In this document: positions 47,234-56,418 of the stretch, piece after piece
Numbering within the stretch: position 1 is the first letter of the stretch
How the letters are laid out: the number at the start of each line of letters is the position of its first letter
Made by a program: the position numbers and the translations under genes
Notes under the pieces: model-generated
What the model was told of the DNA's origin: nothing
The model's input: the letters and a program-made list of their open reading frames with translations, nothing else
The model's database searches: none
Assembly (NCBI GenBank): GCA_963665125.2
Contig: CAXXUK010000001.1
Span: 1,888,001 to 1,952,000, forward strand
Reading direction: 5' to 3'
DNA from: an uncultured Desulfarculus sp.
GTDB taxonomy: Bacteria; Desulfobacterota; Desulfarculia; Desulfarculales; Desulfarculaceae
Length of the DNA: 64,000 bases

Positions 47234-47749
47234 TCAGACCAGCGCCCTGGCTGCGGCCAGGGCCGCGTCGTAATCCGGCTCGGTGGCCACCTCCTTGACG
47301 AGCTGGTAATAGCGAATTACGCCTTGGCGATCCAGAACCAGCACGGCCCTGGCCAACAGGCGCAGTTCATTTATCAACAAGCCATAGGCCTGGCCAAAGG
47401 CGGCCTCGCGGTGATCGCTGAGGGTGACGACCTGGTCCACGCCGGCTTGGCCGCACCAGCGCTTTTGGGCAAACGGCAGATCCATGCTCACGGTGAGAAT
47501 GACCACGTCACCGCCCAAGGCGGCGGCCTCGGAGTTGAAACGGCGGGTCTGGATGTCACACACACCGGTGTCCAGCGATGGCACCACGCTGACAATCACC
47601 ACTTTGCCCGCGTAATCGCTTATTTTCTTTTGGGCCAAGTCATTGTCGAGCAAGACGGCGTCGGGCGCCTTTTCACCCACTTTGATTTCATTGCCGACCA
47701 GGGTCAACGGGTTGCCGCCCATGGTGATGGCTCCGCTTCTTTCGCTCAT
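47234..47749 (-). CDS. tpx: thiol peroxidase
   Basis: PSLDTGVCDIQTRRFN, SMDLPFAQKRWC, EPDY. Confidence 0.95.
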   Translation of the reverse strand: MSERSGAITMGGNPLTLVGNEIKVGEKAPDAVLLDNDLAQKKISDYAGKVVIVSVVPSLDTGVCDIQTRRFNSEAAALGGDVVILTVSMDLPFAQKRWCGQAGVDQVVTLSDHREAAFGQAYGLLINELRLLARAVLVLDRQGVIRYYQLVKEVATEPDYDAALAAARALV

Positions 47750-47832
47750 ATCAGCCTCCAAATAACCGCGCGGCCATATTGCCGCACGTCATTTACAAAT
47801 TATCACCCAAGGCCCTCAAACCGGCTCCAATG

Positions 47833-48531
47833 TTAGTGCTTTTTCAGCGGCTTCTCAAAATGTTGATAATCCTTGAGTGAAGTCCAGTTGCCGCCCCAAT
47901 CCCATCCCAACCTTAAAAAGGCCCGCACAATCGGATGATCGGCAGCGAGCGCCCCCTTGTCATTTACTGGGTCGTAGCTGGCGCCCTTGGGCAGGATGGT
48001 GTCGCCCTTGATGTAAGGATTCTGGCGGGGATTGATGTCGATGGCCCGGCCGTAGGCGTGCTTGGACAGGCGCGTGCCCCCCGTAACCAGCCGGTAATTG
48101 AAGGCCGATGTATTGTTGGCATCCATGGAAAGGTCGTCGTCCCAGCGTCCGTCCTTGCGAAAGCGCTGGTCGGAAATCGGAATGACCGAATGGATCGGAA
48201 AGCGTTCCTTCAAGGCCAGGTCGAATACCTGCCTGATGTCATCGGCCACTTCGGCGTCAACCACCAATTGCCCCTGGTGCACCTTTTGGTCCGACGAATA
48301 ATACTTTACTTCAACCACCACCTGTCTGGCCCGGATATCGGCCGGGCAATTTTGATCCAGGCCTTCGAAGGCCTCGGCAACGGTCATGTTGCTGTCGATG
48401 ACCGGCTGTTCGATGGTCCCGGTTGCCGCCGTTCCGGCGGACAACGCAAGATTGGCCGGCGCCCAGGCCAGGACCGTCAAGAGGAACAGCAGGCACGTGA
48501 AAACAATACGGCGGTGTCCGGACAAGATCAT
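47833..48531 (-). CDS. M15-family metallopeptidase (secreted)
   Basis: Signal peptide; NNTSAFNYR, SKHAYGRAIDINP, WGGNW, DYQHFE. Confidence 0.88.
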   Translation of the reverse strand: MILSGHRRIVFTCLLFLLTVLAWAPANLALSAGTAATGTIEQPVIDSNMTVAEAFEGLDQNCPADIRARQVVVEVKYYSSDQKVHQGQLVVDAEVADDIRQVFDLALKERFPIHSVIPISDQRFRKDGRWDDDLSMDANNTSAFNYRLVTGGTRLSKHAYGRAIDINPRQNPYIKGDTILPKGASYDPVNDKGALAADHPIVRAFLRLGWDWGGNWTSLKDYQHFEKPLKKH

Positions 48532-48704
48532 GATCTCCTCAATCGCTTGCTTATCAACAGGTTGAGTTGCAACATTGGCTGGCAAAGGGTCGGCGTAGTT
48601 AACAAAGGGCTTCACCATTCGCCGAGCATTGCATTAGATTAATTATAGGTCCACCATCAATGCAGGCTAAACGATTTATCATGCAATGGCCTGCATTTTA
48701 TTTC

Positions 48705-48746
48705 TTGACAAAAATTATCAAATCATGAATAGTAATCATTATCATT
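48705..48746 (+). promoter_or_regulatory. rubrerythrin promoter overlapped by a Fur/PerR-like box
   Basis: TTGACA-17-AATAGT; AATAGTAATCATTATCATT near-palindrome at 48728-48746. Confidence 0.65.
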
Positions 48747-48770
48747 TAAATCCAAAAGGGGAGACCAAAT

Positions 48771-49268
48771 ATGTCCAAGACCACAGCCAACCTCCAGGAA
48801 GCCTTTGCCGGTGAATCCCAGGCCAACCGTAAATATCTTGCCTTTGCCAAAAAAGCCGACGAGGAAGGCTATAAGCAGGTAGCCCGCCTGTTCCGGGCCG
48901 CTGCCGAAGCCGAGACCGTGCATGCCCATGCCCACCTGCGGGCCCTCAAGGGCGTTGGCTCCACGGCCGACAACCTCAAAGAGGCCGTGGCCGGCGAGAC
49001 CCACGAGTTCAAGAACATGTATCCCGGCATGATCGCCGAAGCAGAGGCCGAGGGTGAAAAGGAAGCCTTGCGCAGCTTTTCCTACGCCAACACCGTAGAG
49101 GAAACCCACGCAGGTCTTTACCAAAAGGCCCTGGACGCCCTGGGCAGCGATATGGGTGACTATCCCTACTATGTCTGCCCGGTCTGCGGCCACACCGAAG
49201 AGAACGAGGCCCCGGAGCGCTGCCCGGTCTGCAATGCCAAGGGATCGCGTTTCATAAAGATCGACTAG
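48771..49268 (+). CDS. rbr: rubrerythrin
   Basis: NLQEAFAGESQANRKY, EAETVHA, EETH, CPVCGH...CPVC. Confidence 0.95.
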   Translation: MSKTTANLQEAFAGESQANRKYLAFAKKADEEGYKQVARLFRAAAEAETVHAHAHLRALKGVGSTADNLKEAVAGETHEFKNMYPGMIAEAEAEGEKEALRSFSYANTVEETHAGLYQKALDALGSDMGDYPYYVCPVCGHTEENEAPERCPVCNAKGSRFIKID

Positions 49269-49290
49269 CCCGGTTTACCCGGATATGAAT

Positions 49291-49328
49291 AGCCCCGCGG
49301 CCTGTTCTTGGCCGCGGGGCTTGTTTTT
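49291..49328 (+). terminator. intrinsic terminator after rbr
   Basis: AGCCCCGCGGCC-N7-GGCCGCGGGGCT-TGTTTTT. Confidence 0.85.
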
Positions 49329-49408
49329 GTGTTCAGGTCACGGCCGGGCAACAGGCCAATTCATCCGCCGGTTCGGATGGCTTGACACGCGTCTTTATGC
49401 CTGATACA

Positions 49409-49426
49409 AGTAAGTATGTACTTACT
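49409..49426. promoter_or_regulatory. putative TetR operator
   Basis: AGTAAGTA-TG-TACTTACT downstream of TTGACA(49382), before the TetR gene. Confidence 0.7.
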
Positions 49427-49440
49427 ACAGAGGCGGAAAC

Positions 49441-50043
49441 ATGACCCCCGGTGACAACCGAATGAGCGCGGAGCAAAGAAAGCTACTCATCTTGGAGGCG
49501 GCGCTTGATGTGTTTGCTCATAAGGGTTTCAGTGGAGCGCGCACCAAGGAAATCGCCAGCGAGGCGGGGGTAAGTGAAACTATTTTATTTCGTCATTTCA
49601 AGAACAAAGATAACCTATACGCCGAGGCGTTACAATATCTTTTCGCCCACCACCCGGTGGGAGAGGAGATGGAGCCGGTCATGCGGGCAGGCGATGACCG
49701 GCAAGTGCTATACACCATCGCCCGGCACATCATGGAGCACGTGGGCCGTGACAAACGCATAGTGCGGCTCACTTTCTTCAGCAGCCTGGAGGGCCTCCAC
49801 ACAGCCGAGAACGTGAGGACCCCCATCCGTATTCTGGAAGACTATTTTGCCAAACGCATGCAAGAAGGCGCGCTCCGGGCTAAGGACCCACACCTTGCCG
49901 CGCGCTTTTTCCTTTTCGCTGTGTTTTTGCATGTAACCGATATTCATATGAATTTAGACGGCGAACCCCTGGTGATCAGCGACGATGAGGCCGCCTGGAA
50001 CCTGGCGGACATATTCATGGACGGGCTACTGCCCCGGGAGTAA
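49441..50043 (+). CDS. TetR/AcrR-family regulator
   Basis: ILEAALDVFAHKGFSGARTKEIASEAGVSETILFRHFKNKD. Confidence 0.9.
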   Translation: MTPGDNRMSAEQRKLLILEAALDVFAHKGFSGARTKEIASEAGVSETILFRHFKNKDNLYAEALQYLFAHHPVGEEMEPVMRAGDDRQVLYTIARHIMEHVGRDKRIVRLTFFSSLEGLHTAENVRTPIRILEDYFAKRMQEGALRAKDPHLAARFFLFAVFLHVTDIHMNLDGEPLVISDDEAAWNLADIFMDGLLPRE

Positions 50044-50065
50044 ACTCGGTTTTTTTTATCTTTGA

Positions 50066-50083
50066 AAAAAGTAAGTACTTACT
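50066..50083. promoter_or_regulatory. second putative TetR operator
   Basis: AAAAAGTAAGTACTTACT (15/18 identical to the first), next to TTGACA(50087). Confidence 0.65.
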
Positions 50084-50223
50084 ATCTTGACAGAAGCCTC
50101 CTGAGAAGCCCGCGCAAGGTGTTGGAGCCGGAGAGCAAGGCCGTGGCGGCGGACAGACGACCTAAGATGCTTAAATCAGCGTGGCCTGCAGGCTCTGCTT
50201 ATTAAACCGTAAAGGAGAGAACA

Positions 50224-50934
50224 ATGCGAGACAAGGTGAAATGGTGGGCAGCGGGAGGAGTGCTGATTATTGCTTTCGCCATGACGCTCATGCAGCCGCC
50301 GCAGACCATCAGCCGTATGCTTACCGTTGTGGCAAGCGATCTTGCCATGTATTCGCTATGCATGCATGTCGCGTTTCTGGCCGTACTGGTGGCCGGGCTG
50401 CTGCTGCCCGGCGCCCGGATCCGCATTTTCGGCGGCTTCTTGGGCCTATTGGCCGCCTCGGCCGCCGGTGTCGCGCTCTACTACTTCGTCCTGCCCAACA
50501 TATTGTTGTTCGGTCTCTATTTCGCGCTTATCCTGAATGCCCTTTGGCAGGGCGGGCTGGGCTGGGACCTGGGCAAGACCAATGCCGCGGACCGGCTTTT
50601 CGGCCTCTTAGGCCTGATATTCGGTTTCTGGTACTTGCATTGGGTGCAGAGCCCACTCATGCTCAACGCCCTGTTGCTTTCGCCGCTGGGAGTGTTGAAT
50701 TGCCCCACCATGCTTACCATAAGCGGGTTCTTGTGCCTGGCCAGCCAGCGGCATTCCATGCTGGAGTTGGTCTCCGGCGTGGTGTGCGTATATTTCGGGC
50801 TGTTCGGCATATTCCGTTTGGGCGCCTATGTTGACGTGGCCCTGGTGGCCTGCGGAGCGTATCAGCTTGCCAGACTGGCAATCATAGCCCGCCGGTGCCC
50901 AGCGCAGAAACCCGGCAGACCCGGAAAGGCTTGA
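50224..50934 (+). CDS. hypothetical multi-pass membrane protein
   Basis: AAGGAG RBS; about 7-8 hydrophobic segments; SPLGVLNCPT motif. Confidence 0.7.
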   Translation: MRDKVKWWAAGGVLIIAFAMTLMQPPQTISRMLTVVASDLAMYSLCMHVAFLAVLVAGLLLPGARIRIFGGFLGLLAASAAGVALYYFVLPNILLFGLYFALILNALWQGGLGWDLGKTNAADRLFGLLGLIFGFWYLHWVQSPLMLNALLLSPLGVLNCPTMLTISGFLCLASQRHSMLELVSGVVCVYFGLFGIFRLGAYVDVALVACGAYQLARLAIIARRCPAQKPGRPGKA

Positions 50935-51202
50935 GTGGCCGGTTACCCGTGGCTCCAACATGCCAGGCGGCGTCCGAACGCTCGATTGACCCGGCCTTGG
51001 ACTACATGTCCCCGGGCCAAAACCAGATGGCCACTATGACTGTTTAATTGCGTGTCCGCTAGAACGGGACAAGATCAATATTTAATTATTACAAGACTAT
51101 TAGATAGTCGGCTTTTTGGAGTTGAAACAAAGAAAGACTAAATTGCCGAAGATAGCAGTTGAAAAGAGTGGCCAACATGTGACAATGGCCAAAATTACAA
51201 AT

Positions 51203-51235
51203 AAAAAGGACTTGGCTTTTTATGACCAAGTCCTT
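51203..51235 (-). terminator. terminator after tRNA-Met
   Basis: AAGGACTTGG-N10-CCAAGTCCTT with T-run on the minus strand. Confidence 0.75.
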
Positions 51236-51245
51236 GGCTTCTTTA

Positions 51246-51322
<77 letters not shown>

Positions 51323-51334
51323 ACAACGTGGCCA

Positions 51335-51363
51335 ACTATAGCTGAGCGTAACCGTTCTGTCAA
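51335..51363 (-). promoter_or_regulatory. sigma70 promoter of tRNA-fMet
   Basis: Minus strand TTGACA-17-TATAGT followed by a GC-rich discriminator. Confidence 0.8.
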
Positions 51364-51464
51364 CAGCCCCCAATGCTTGTACCCTCCCCTTTATTGAGAT
51401 AGGATTGTCCATACCGCAGGGATTCGAAAACCACCGCAGGGAATTCGAGGAGAACAAATCAATC

Positions 51465-52634
51465 ATGAACGTCCACGAATATCAAGCCAAGCAGCTTCTG
51501 GCGGCGTTCGGCGTGCCCGTGCCTCGCGGCGGGGTGGCCGAGACAGCCGATCAGGCGCGAAGCGTGGCCAAGCAGTTGAGTGCGGAAGGATACGTGGTCA
51601 AGGCCCAGATTCATGCAGGAGGGCGAGGTAAAGGCGGCGGCGTCAAGATCGTCATGTCGGCCGACGAAGCCGCCAAGGCTGCCGGAGACATGCTGGGCAT
51701 GCGTTTGGTGACCCACCAGACCGGACCCGAGGGCAAAAAGGTCCGCAGGGTCTGGATCGAACCGGCTACCAAAATCGCCAGGGAGCTATACATGGCGGTG
51801 GTGCTGGACCGCGGGGCCGAGTGCATGGCCGTGATGGCCTCGCCCGACGGCGGCATGGACATCGAGGAGGTCGCCGCCAAGACCCCCGAGCGCATCTTTA
51901 CCACGCGCATCGATCCCGGCCAGCCCCTTTGGGGCAACCAGGCCCGCAAGCTGCTGTTCGGCTGCGGCCTGGAGCTCAAGCAGGTTCGCCAGGGCGAGGC
52001 GCTGTTGAAAAACCTGGTGCGCCTGGCCACGGAAAAGGAAACCACGCTCATCGAGATCAACCCGCTGGTCGTCACCACCGACGGCGATCTTATTGCCCTG
52101 GACGCCAAACTCAATTTCGACGACAGCGCCCTTGGCCGGCATCCGGATATCGCCGAACTCAAGGACCCGCTGGAGACCGACCCGCTGGAGTTGGCGGCCA
52201 CCGAACAGGGCCTCAACTACGTGCGCCTGGACGGCAACGTGGGCACAATGGTCAACGGCGCCGGCCTGGCCATGGCCACCATGGACGTCATCAAGATGGC
52301 CGGGGCCTCCCCGGCCAACTTCCTGGACGTGGGCGGAGGCGCATCGGAAGAGATGATCACCAAGGCCTTTGAGATCATCCTGGAGGACCAGAACGTCGAG
52401 GCCATTCTGATCAACATCTTCGGCGGCATCCTGCGCTGCGATGTGTTGGCATCCGGCGTGGTGGCCGCGGCCCGCAACGTTGATCTCAAGCTGCCCCTGG
52501 TCGTGCGCCTGGAAGGCACCAACGTGGAGGAAGGCCGCCGCATTCTGGCCGAGAGCGACTTGTCGTTCGAGGTGGCCGAGTCTCTGTCCGACGCCGCCGA
52601 CAAGGTGGCCATGGTGGCGGGAGGTGCGAAATGA
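51465..52634 (+). CDS. sucC: succinyl-CoA ligase (ADP-forming) beta subunit
   Basis: [53 protein letters not shown]. Confidence 0.95.
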   Translation: MNVHEYQAKQLLAAFGVPVPRGGVAETADQARSVAKQLSAEGYVVKAQIHAGGRGKGGGVKIVMSADEAAKAAGDMLGMRLVTHQTGPEGKKVRRVWIEPATKIARELYMAVVLDRGAECMAVMASPDGGMDIEEVAAKTPERIFTTRIDPGQPLWGNQARKLLFGCGLELKQVRQGEALLKNLVRLATEKETTLIEINPLVVTTDGDLIALDAKLNFDDSALGRHPDIAELKDPLETDPLELAATEQGLNYVRLDGNVGTMVNGAGLAMATMDVIKMAGASPANFLDVGGGASEEMITKAFEIILEDQNVEAILINIFGGILRCDVLASGVVAAARNVDLKLPLVVRLEGTNVEEGRRILAESDLSFEVAESLSDAADKVAMVAGGAK

Positions 52635-53503
52635 GCATCCTGGTAAATAAAGACTCCCGCATCGTGGTCCAGGGCATCACCGGCCGCGAGGGCATGTTCC
52701 ACACAGAAAAAATGATCGAGTACGGCACCAAGGTGGTGGCCGGCGTGACACCGGGCAAGGGCGGCACCACCGTCCTGGGCGCGCCGGTGTTCAACACCGT
52801 GGCCGACGCCGTGGCCCAGACCGACGCGGACACGGCCATAGTGTTCGTTCCGGCCTCCTTTGCCGCCGACGCGGCGTGCGAGGCCGCCGACGCGGGCATC
52901 AAGCTGGTGGTCGTCATCACCGAACACATCCCGGTCAAGGACATGGTCCTGGCCAAGGATCATCTGAATGCCAGAGGCACCATGATGGTCGGCCCCAACT
53001 GCCCGGGCGTCATCACCCCCGGCGAATGCAAGCTGGGCATCATGCCCGGTTACATCCACAAGCAGGGCAAGGTGGGCCTGATCAGCCGCTCGGGCACCCT
53101 TACCTATGAGGTCGTCCACCAGCTTACCCAGGCCGGCCTGGGCCAAAGCACGTGCATCGGCATCGGCGGCGACCCCATCATCGGCCTGGGCTTTGTGGAC
53201 CTGTTGAAAATGTTCGCCGAGGACGACGACACCGAAGCGGTGTGCACCATCGGCGAGATCGGCGGCGACGCCGAGGAACGGGCCGCGGCCCTGGTCAAGG
53301 CGGGCTATCCCAAGCCGGTGTTCGGCTTTGTGGCGGGCCTGACCGCTCCGCCGGGCAAGCGCATGGGCCATGCCGGAGCCATCATCAGCGGCGGTAAGGG
53401 CAAGGCCTCGGACAAGCTGGCGGCCATGGAAGACGCGGGCATAACCGTTGTTCGCCGACTGGGTGAGTTCGGCGCCACGGTGGCAAAAACTCTCTACAAA
53501 TAG
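52631..53503 (+). CDS. sucD: succinyl-CoA ligase alpha subunit
   Basis: [34 protein letters not shown]. Confidence 0.95.
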   Translation: MSILVNKDSRIVVQGITGREGMFHTEKMIEYGTKVVAGVTPGKGGTTVLGAPVFNTVADAVAQTDADTAIVFVPASFAADAACEAADAGIKLVVVITEHIPVKDMVLAKDHLNARGTMMVGPNCPGVITPGECKLGIMPGYIHKQGKVGLISRSGTLTYEVVHQLTQAGLGQSTCIGIGGDPIIGLGFVDLLKMFAEDDDTEAVCTIGEIGGDAEERAAALVKAGYPKPVFGFVAGLTAPPGKRMGHAGAIISGGKGKASDKLAAMEDAGITVVRRLGEFGATVAKTLYK

Positions 53504-53587
53504 ATATTGTGCTATGATGGGCCGGAAAGGCCGCTACGGCGGTTTTTTCGGCCCACTTCCATAGATGTTCAAGCTGGTTGGGGGAAC

Positions 53588-54223
53588 ATGGCCGCACCAC
53601 AGGATCAGATCATCGACGCGCCTTGGGGCCAGGCGACCCTGCATTACGTGCAGTCTCCCGATGATCTCAATGCCTGGCAAATGGATGAAGGCTTTGGCAA
53701 GTTCAGCCGCTATCGTTCTTTTTTCGATTCCATAGAAAGCCTGAAAAAGCAGCTCGGCGCGCCGGGCGCGGAGATGACCGTGGCCTTGGCGGGCGAAACA
53801 ATCACCGCCTATGCCTTGATCCGCCCTGCCCCGTCCGATGAACGTTGGGCCGAATTGGAAGACCCGCCCATGTTCGAGCTGATCATCGAAGCCGCTCGGG
53901 GCAGGCGCAACGGCCATATCGCCAAATCGCTTTTAAAATTATTGGTGGACCACACCCACAACGACCAGCGCATCATCTACCTGGTCGGCTATTCCTGGAC
54001 CTGGGATCTGGAGGAGTCCGGCAAGACCATGCAGGAATACCGCCAGACCCTGATAGGCCTGGTGGAGTTCATGGGCTTCCGGGAATACCCCACCAACGAG
54101 CCCAACGTGGCCCTGCGCCAGGAAAACCTGTTCATGGCCCGGCTGGGGCCGGAGATCGAGGCCGACCGCCCCCGCAAGCGCCGCTTCACCAACCTGCTTT
54201 TCGGTATCCAGGAAGACTGGTAG
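53588..54223 (+). CDS. AcuA-like GNAT protein acetyltransferase
   Basis: ERW, ELIIEA, GYSWTWDL, EYR, TNEPNV, NLFMARLG resemble Bacillus AcuA. Confidence 0.72.
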   Translation: MAAPQDQIIDAPWGQATLHYVQSPDDLNAWQMDEGFGKFSRYRSFFDSIESLKKQLGAPGAEMTVALAGETITAYALIRPAPSDERWAELEDPPMFELIIEAARGRRNGHIAKSLLKLLVDHTHNDQRIIYLVGYSWTWDLEESGKTMQEYRQTLIGLVEFMGFREYPTNEPNVALRQENLFMARLGPEIEADRPRKRRFTNLLFGIQEDW

Positions 54224-54226
54224 GCC

Positions 54227-54793
54227 ATGGGCCCGGGGCGATGGCTCTTGCTGGCCTGGGCGGCCTCCTTGCCGCTGTGCTGGCTTGCCGCCGAACGCAT
54301 CGTTGACGCCGCCGGGCTTGCGGGCCGGGCCGCCCAAGGCGCGTCCCTGGTGTTGGCGTGTTTCATGGCCATCGCCGTTCCCGTCATCTTTTATCATCTC
54401 AGAGAACAGCGCATCCGCCGCTCGGGCATCCGCAGGGTGGACGCCATGGCCGGGCAGGAGTTCGAAGGCTATCTGGCCGACATCTTCCTGCGCGCCGGGT
54501 TCAGCGTGGAGCGGACCGGGGCAAGCGCCGATTACGGCGCGGACCTGCTGATCAGCCGGGACGGCCGGACCCTTGTGGTCCAGGCCAAACGTTACAACGG
54601 CGCGGTGGGCGTGGCCGCCGTGCAGCAGGCCGCCGCGGCCCAGGCCCATTATCAGGCCCAGGGGGCCATGGTCGTCACCAACAGCCGCTTCACCCGCCAG
54701 GCTTGCGATCTGGCCGGCACCAATGATGTACAGTTGTGGGACCGCGGTGTATTATTCGACGTGGCCACGGGCCGCAAGACAATCAGCCGTTGA
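54227..54793 (+). CDS. Mrr_cat restriction-endonuclease-like protein with N-terminal membrane anchor
   Basis: EFEGYLADIF, DYGADL, VQAKRY, VVTNSRFT. Confidence 0.82.
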   Translation: MGPGRWLLLAWAASLPLCWLAAERIVDAAGLAGRAAQGASLVLACFMAIAVPVIFYHLREQRIRRSGIRRVDAMAGQEFEGYLADIFLRAGFSVERTGASADYGADLLISRDGRTLVVQAKRYNGAVGVAAVQQAAAAQAHYQAQGAMVVTNSRFTRQACDLAGTNDVQLWDRGVLFDVATGRKTISR

Positions 54794-54810
54794 TCTTGAA
54801 AGGAAAATAC

Positions 54811-56016
54811 ATGCTGCCCAAGCGTGAAAATTATCTGCCGTTTTCCCGGCCGTCGTTCGGCCCCGAAGAGGAACGCGAGGTCATCGAGTGCCTGCGCTCT
54901 GGCTGGATAACCACCGGCCCCAGGGCCAGGGAGCTTGAGGAGCACTTTGCCGAGATGAGCGGCGCGGCCCACGCTATCGCCTGCAATTCGGGCACCTCGG
55001 CCCTGCACATGGCCTATGCCGCCCTGGGCCTGGGCCCCGGCGACGACGTGCTGGTGCCCAGCTTCACCTGGGTCTCAACCGCCTCCATGATCGTGCTCTG
55101 CGGCGCGCGGCCCGTCCTTTGTGAGGTCGAGGCCGACACCTGGAACCTGGACCCCGTCTGGTTGGAGCAAATGGTCCAAGGCCGCTATTCCCTTGACGCT
55201 GACGGCCGCATGGTCGGCCCGGACGGCGCGGTGCTCAAAGCCATGGTACCGGTGCACTACGCGGGCCAGTCCTGCGACATGGACGCCCTGGCCGCCCTGG
55301 CCGAACGCTGGAATATCGACATTATCGAAGACGCGGCCCATGGCGCGGGAGCCGACTACAAGGGCCGCCACCAGGGCACAATCGGTAAAATCGGCTGCTT
55401 TTCCTTTTACGCCAATAAGAACATGACCACGGCCGAGGGCGGCATGGTCGTCACGGCCGATGAAGACCTGGCCTCCAAGCTGCGGGTGCTGAGCATGCAC
55501 GGCCTGCAAAAGGACGCCTGGAAACGCTACGCCAAGGGCGGCTCCTGGTGGCAGCCGGTCATAGACCTGGGCTTCAAGTACAACATGACAGACATGGCCG
55601 CATCCCTGGGCCTGCACCAACTCAAGAAGCTCCACGGCTTCAACCAGCGCCGCCGGGACCTCAGCGCCATCTATGACCAGGGTCTGAGCGGCATCCCCAA
55701 TCTGAGCGTAACCAGGGACAAGGGCTACGGCCTGCACGCCCGCCACCTCTACGCCATCTGCCTGGAGCCCGGCGCGCCTCTGGACAAAACGGCCATGATC
55801 CAGGCCCTGGCCCAGCGCAACATCGGCGCGGGCGTCCATTACATCCCCGTGCACATGCACCCCTACTACCAACAGACCTTCGGCTGCCAACGCGGCGATC
55901 TGCCCGTCACCGAACGCATCTTCGACGGCCAGATCAGCCTGCCCCTGTTCCCGGACATGACCGACGACGACGCGGCATATGTCATTGACAGCATTAGGGG
56001 TTTGTTGACGGCGTAG
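54811..56016 (+). CDS. DegT/DnrJ/EryC1/StrS PLP-dependent sugar aminotransferase
   Basis: SGWITTGP, NSGTSALH, PVHYAG, IEDAAH, FSFYANKNMTTAEGG, GFKYNMTD. Confidence 0.93.
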   Translation: MLPKRENYLPFSRPSFGPEEEREVIECLRSGWITTGPRARELEEHFAEMSGAAHAIACNSGTSALHMAYAALGLGPGDDVLVPSFTWVSTASMIVLCGARPVLCEVEADTWNLDPVWLEQMVQGRYSLDADGRMVGPDGAVLKAMVPVHYAGQSCDMDALAALAERWNIDIIEDAAHGAGADYKGRHQGTIGKIGCFSFYANKNMTTAEGGMVVTADEDLASKLRVLSMHGLQKDAWKRYAKGGSWWQPVIDLGFKYNMTDMAASLGLHQLKKLHGFNQRRRDLSAIYDQGLSGIPNLSVTRDKGYGLHARHLYAICLEPGAPLDKTAMIQALAQRNIGAGVHYIPVHMHPYYQQTFGCQRGDLPVTERIFDGQISLPLFPDMTDDDAAYVIDSIRGLLTA

Positions 56017-56022
56017 CGATTC

Positions 56023-56296
56023 GCGGGAAAACTTTTTTGGAAAAAAGTTTTCCCGCACCCTTTCAAAAAACTTTGCCGATTAATGTTTGCCGTCTTCGCC
56101 GTCAAACATTAATCGGACATTTGGGACGATGGACTCTCTTGGCGTTACGCCGCGAATTGTTTTTGCCAACGGCAAAACAATTCGCGCGGAGAATCCACAC
56201 CGCCCAAGGGCCGCCAAAGGCGCGGCGGCGTCTTTGGCGCGAAGTTCTTTGAAGGGGTCCGAAGGGAAACTTTCTTTCAAGAAAGTTTCCCCTTTT
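56023..56296. repeat. multi-hairpin REP/REPIN-like element with inverted terminal modules
   Basis: Five stem-loops; the termini are related sequences in inverted orientation (see findings). Confidence 0.7.
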
Positions 56297-56345
56297 TCGT
56301 CAGACCGAATGGCGTTTATGCGTCCATAATCATTGATATCAGCGG

Positions 56346-56374
56346 TTGACTGGCTTTGGGTAGCGTCCTAGACT
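56346..56374 (+). promoter_or_regulatory. sigma70 promoter of the A2M-pbpC operon
   Basis: TTGACT-17-TAGACT. Confidence 0.55.
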
Positions 56375-56418
56375 GGATTTGAATTCTGGCACCATCCTTA
56401 TCAAAAGGGGAGAATCAT

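Noticed and set aside
56023..56296. CRISPR array or small ORFs (56037..56329)
   Set aside because: No regularly spaced direct repeats and no cas genes; the short ORFs are by-products of the palindromes.
56385..56400. sigma54 promoter TGGCAC upstream of A2M
   Set aside because: The -12 position reads AT rather than GC and it is too close to the RBS; a sigma70 promoter fits better.
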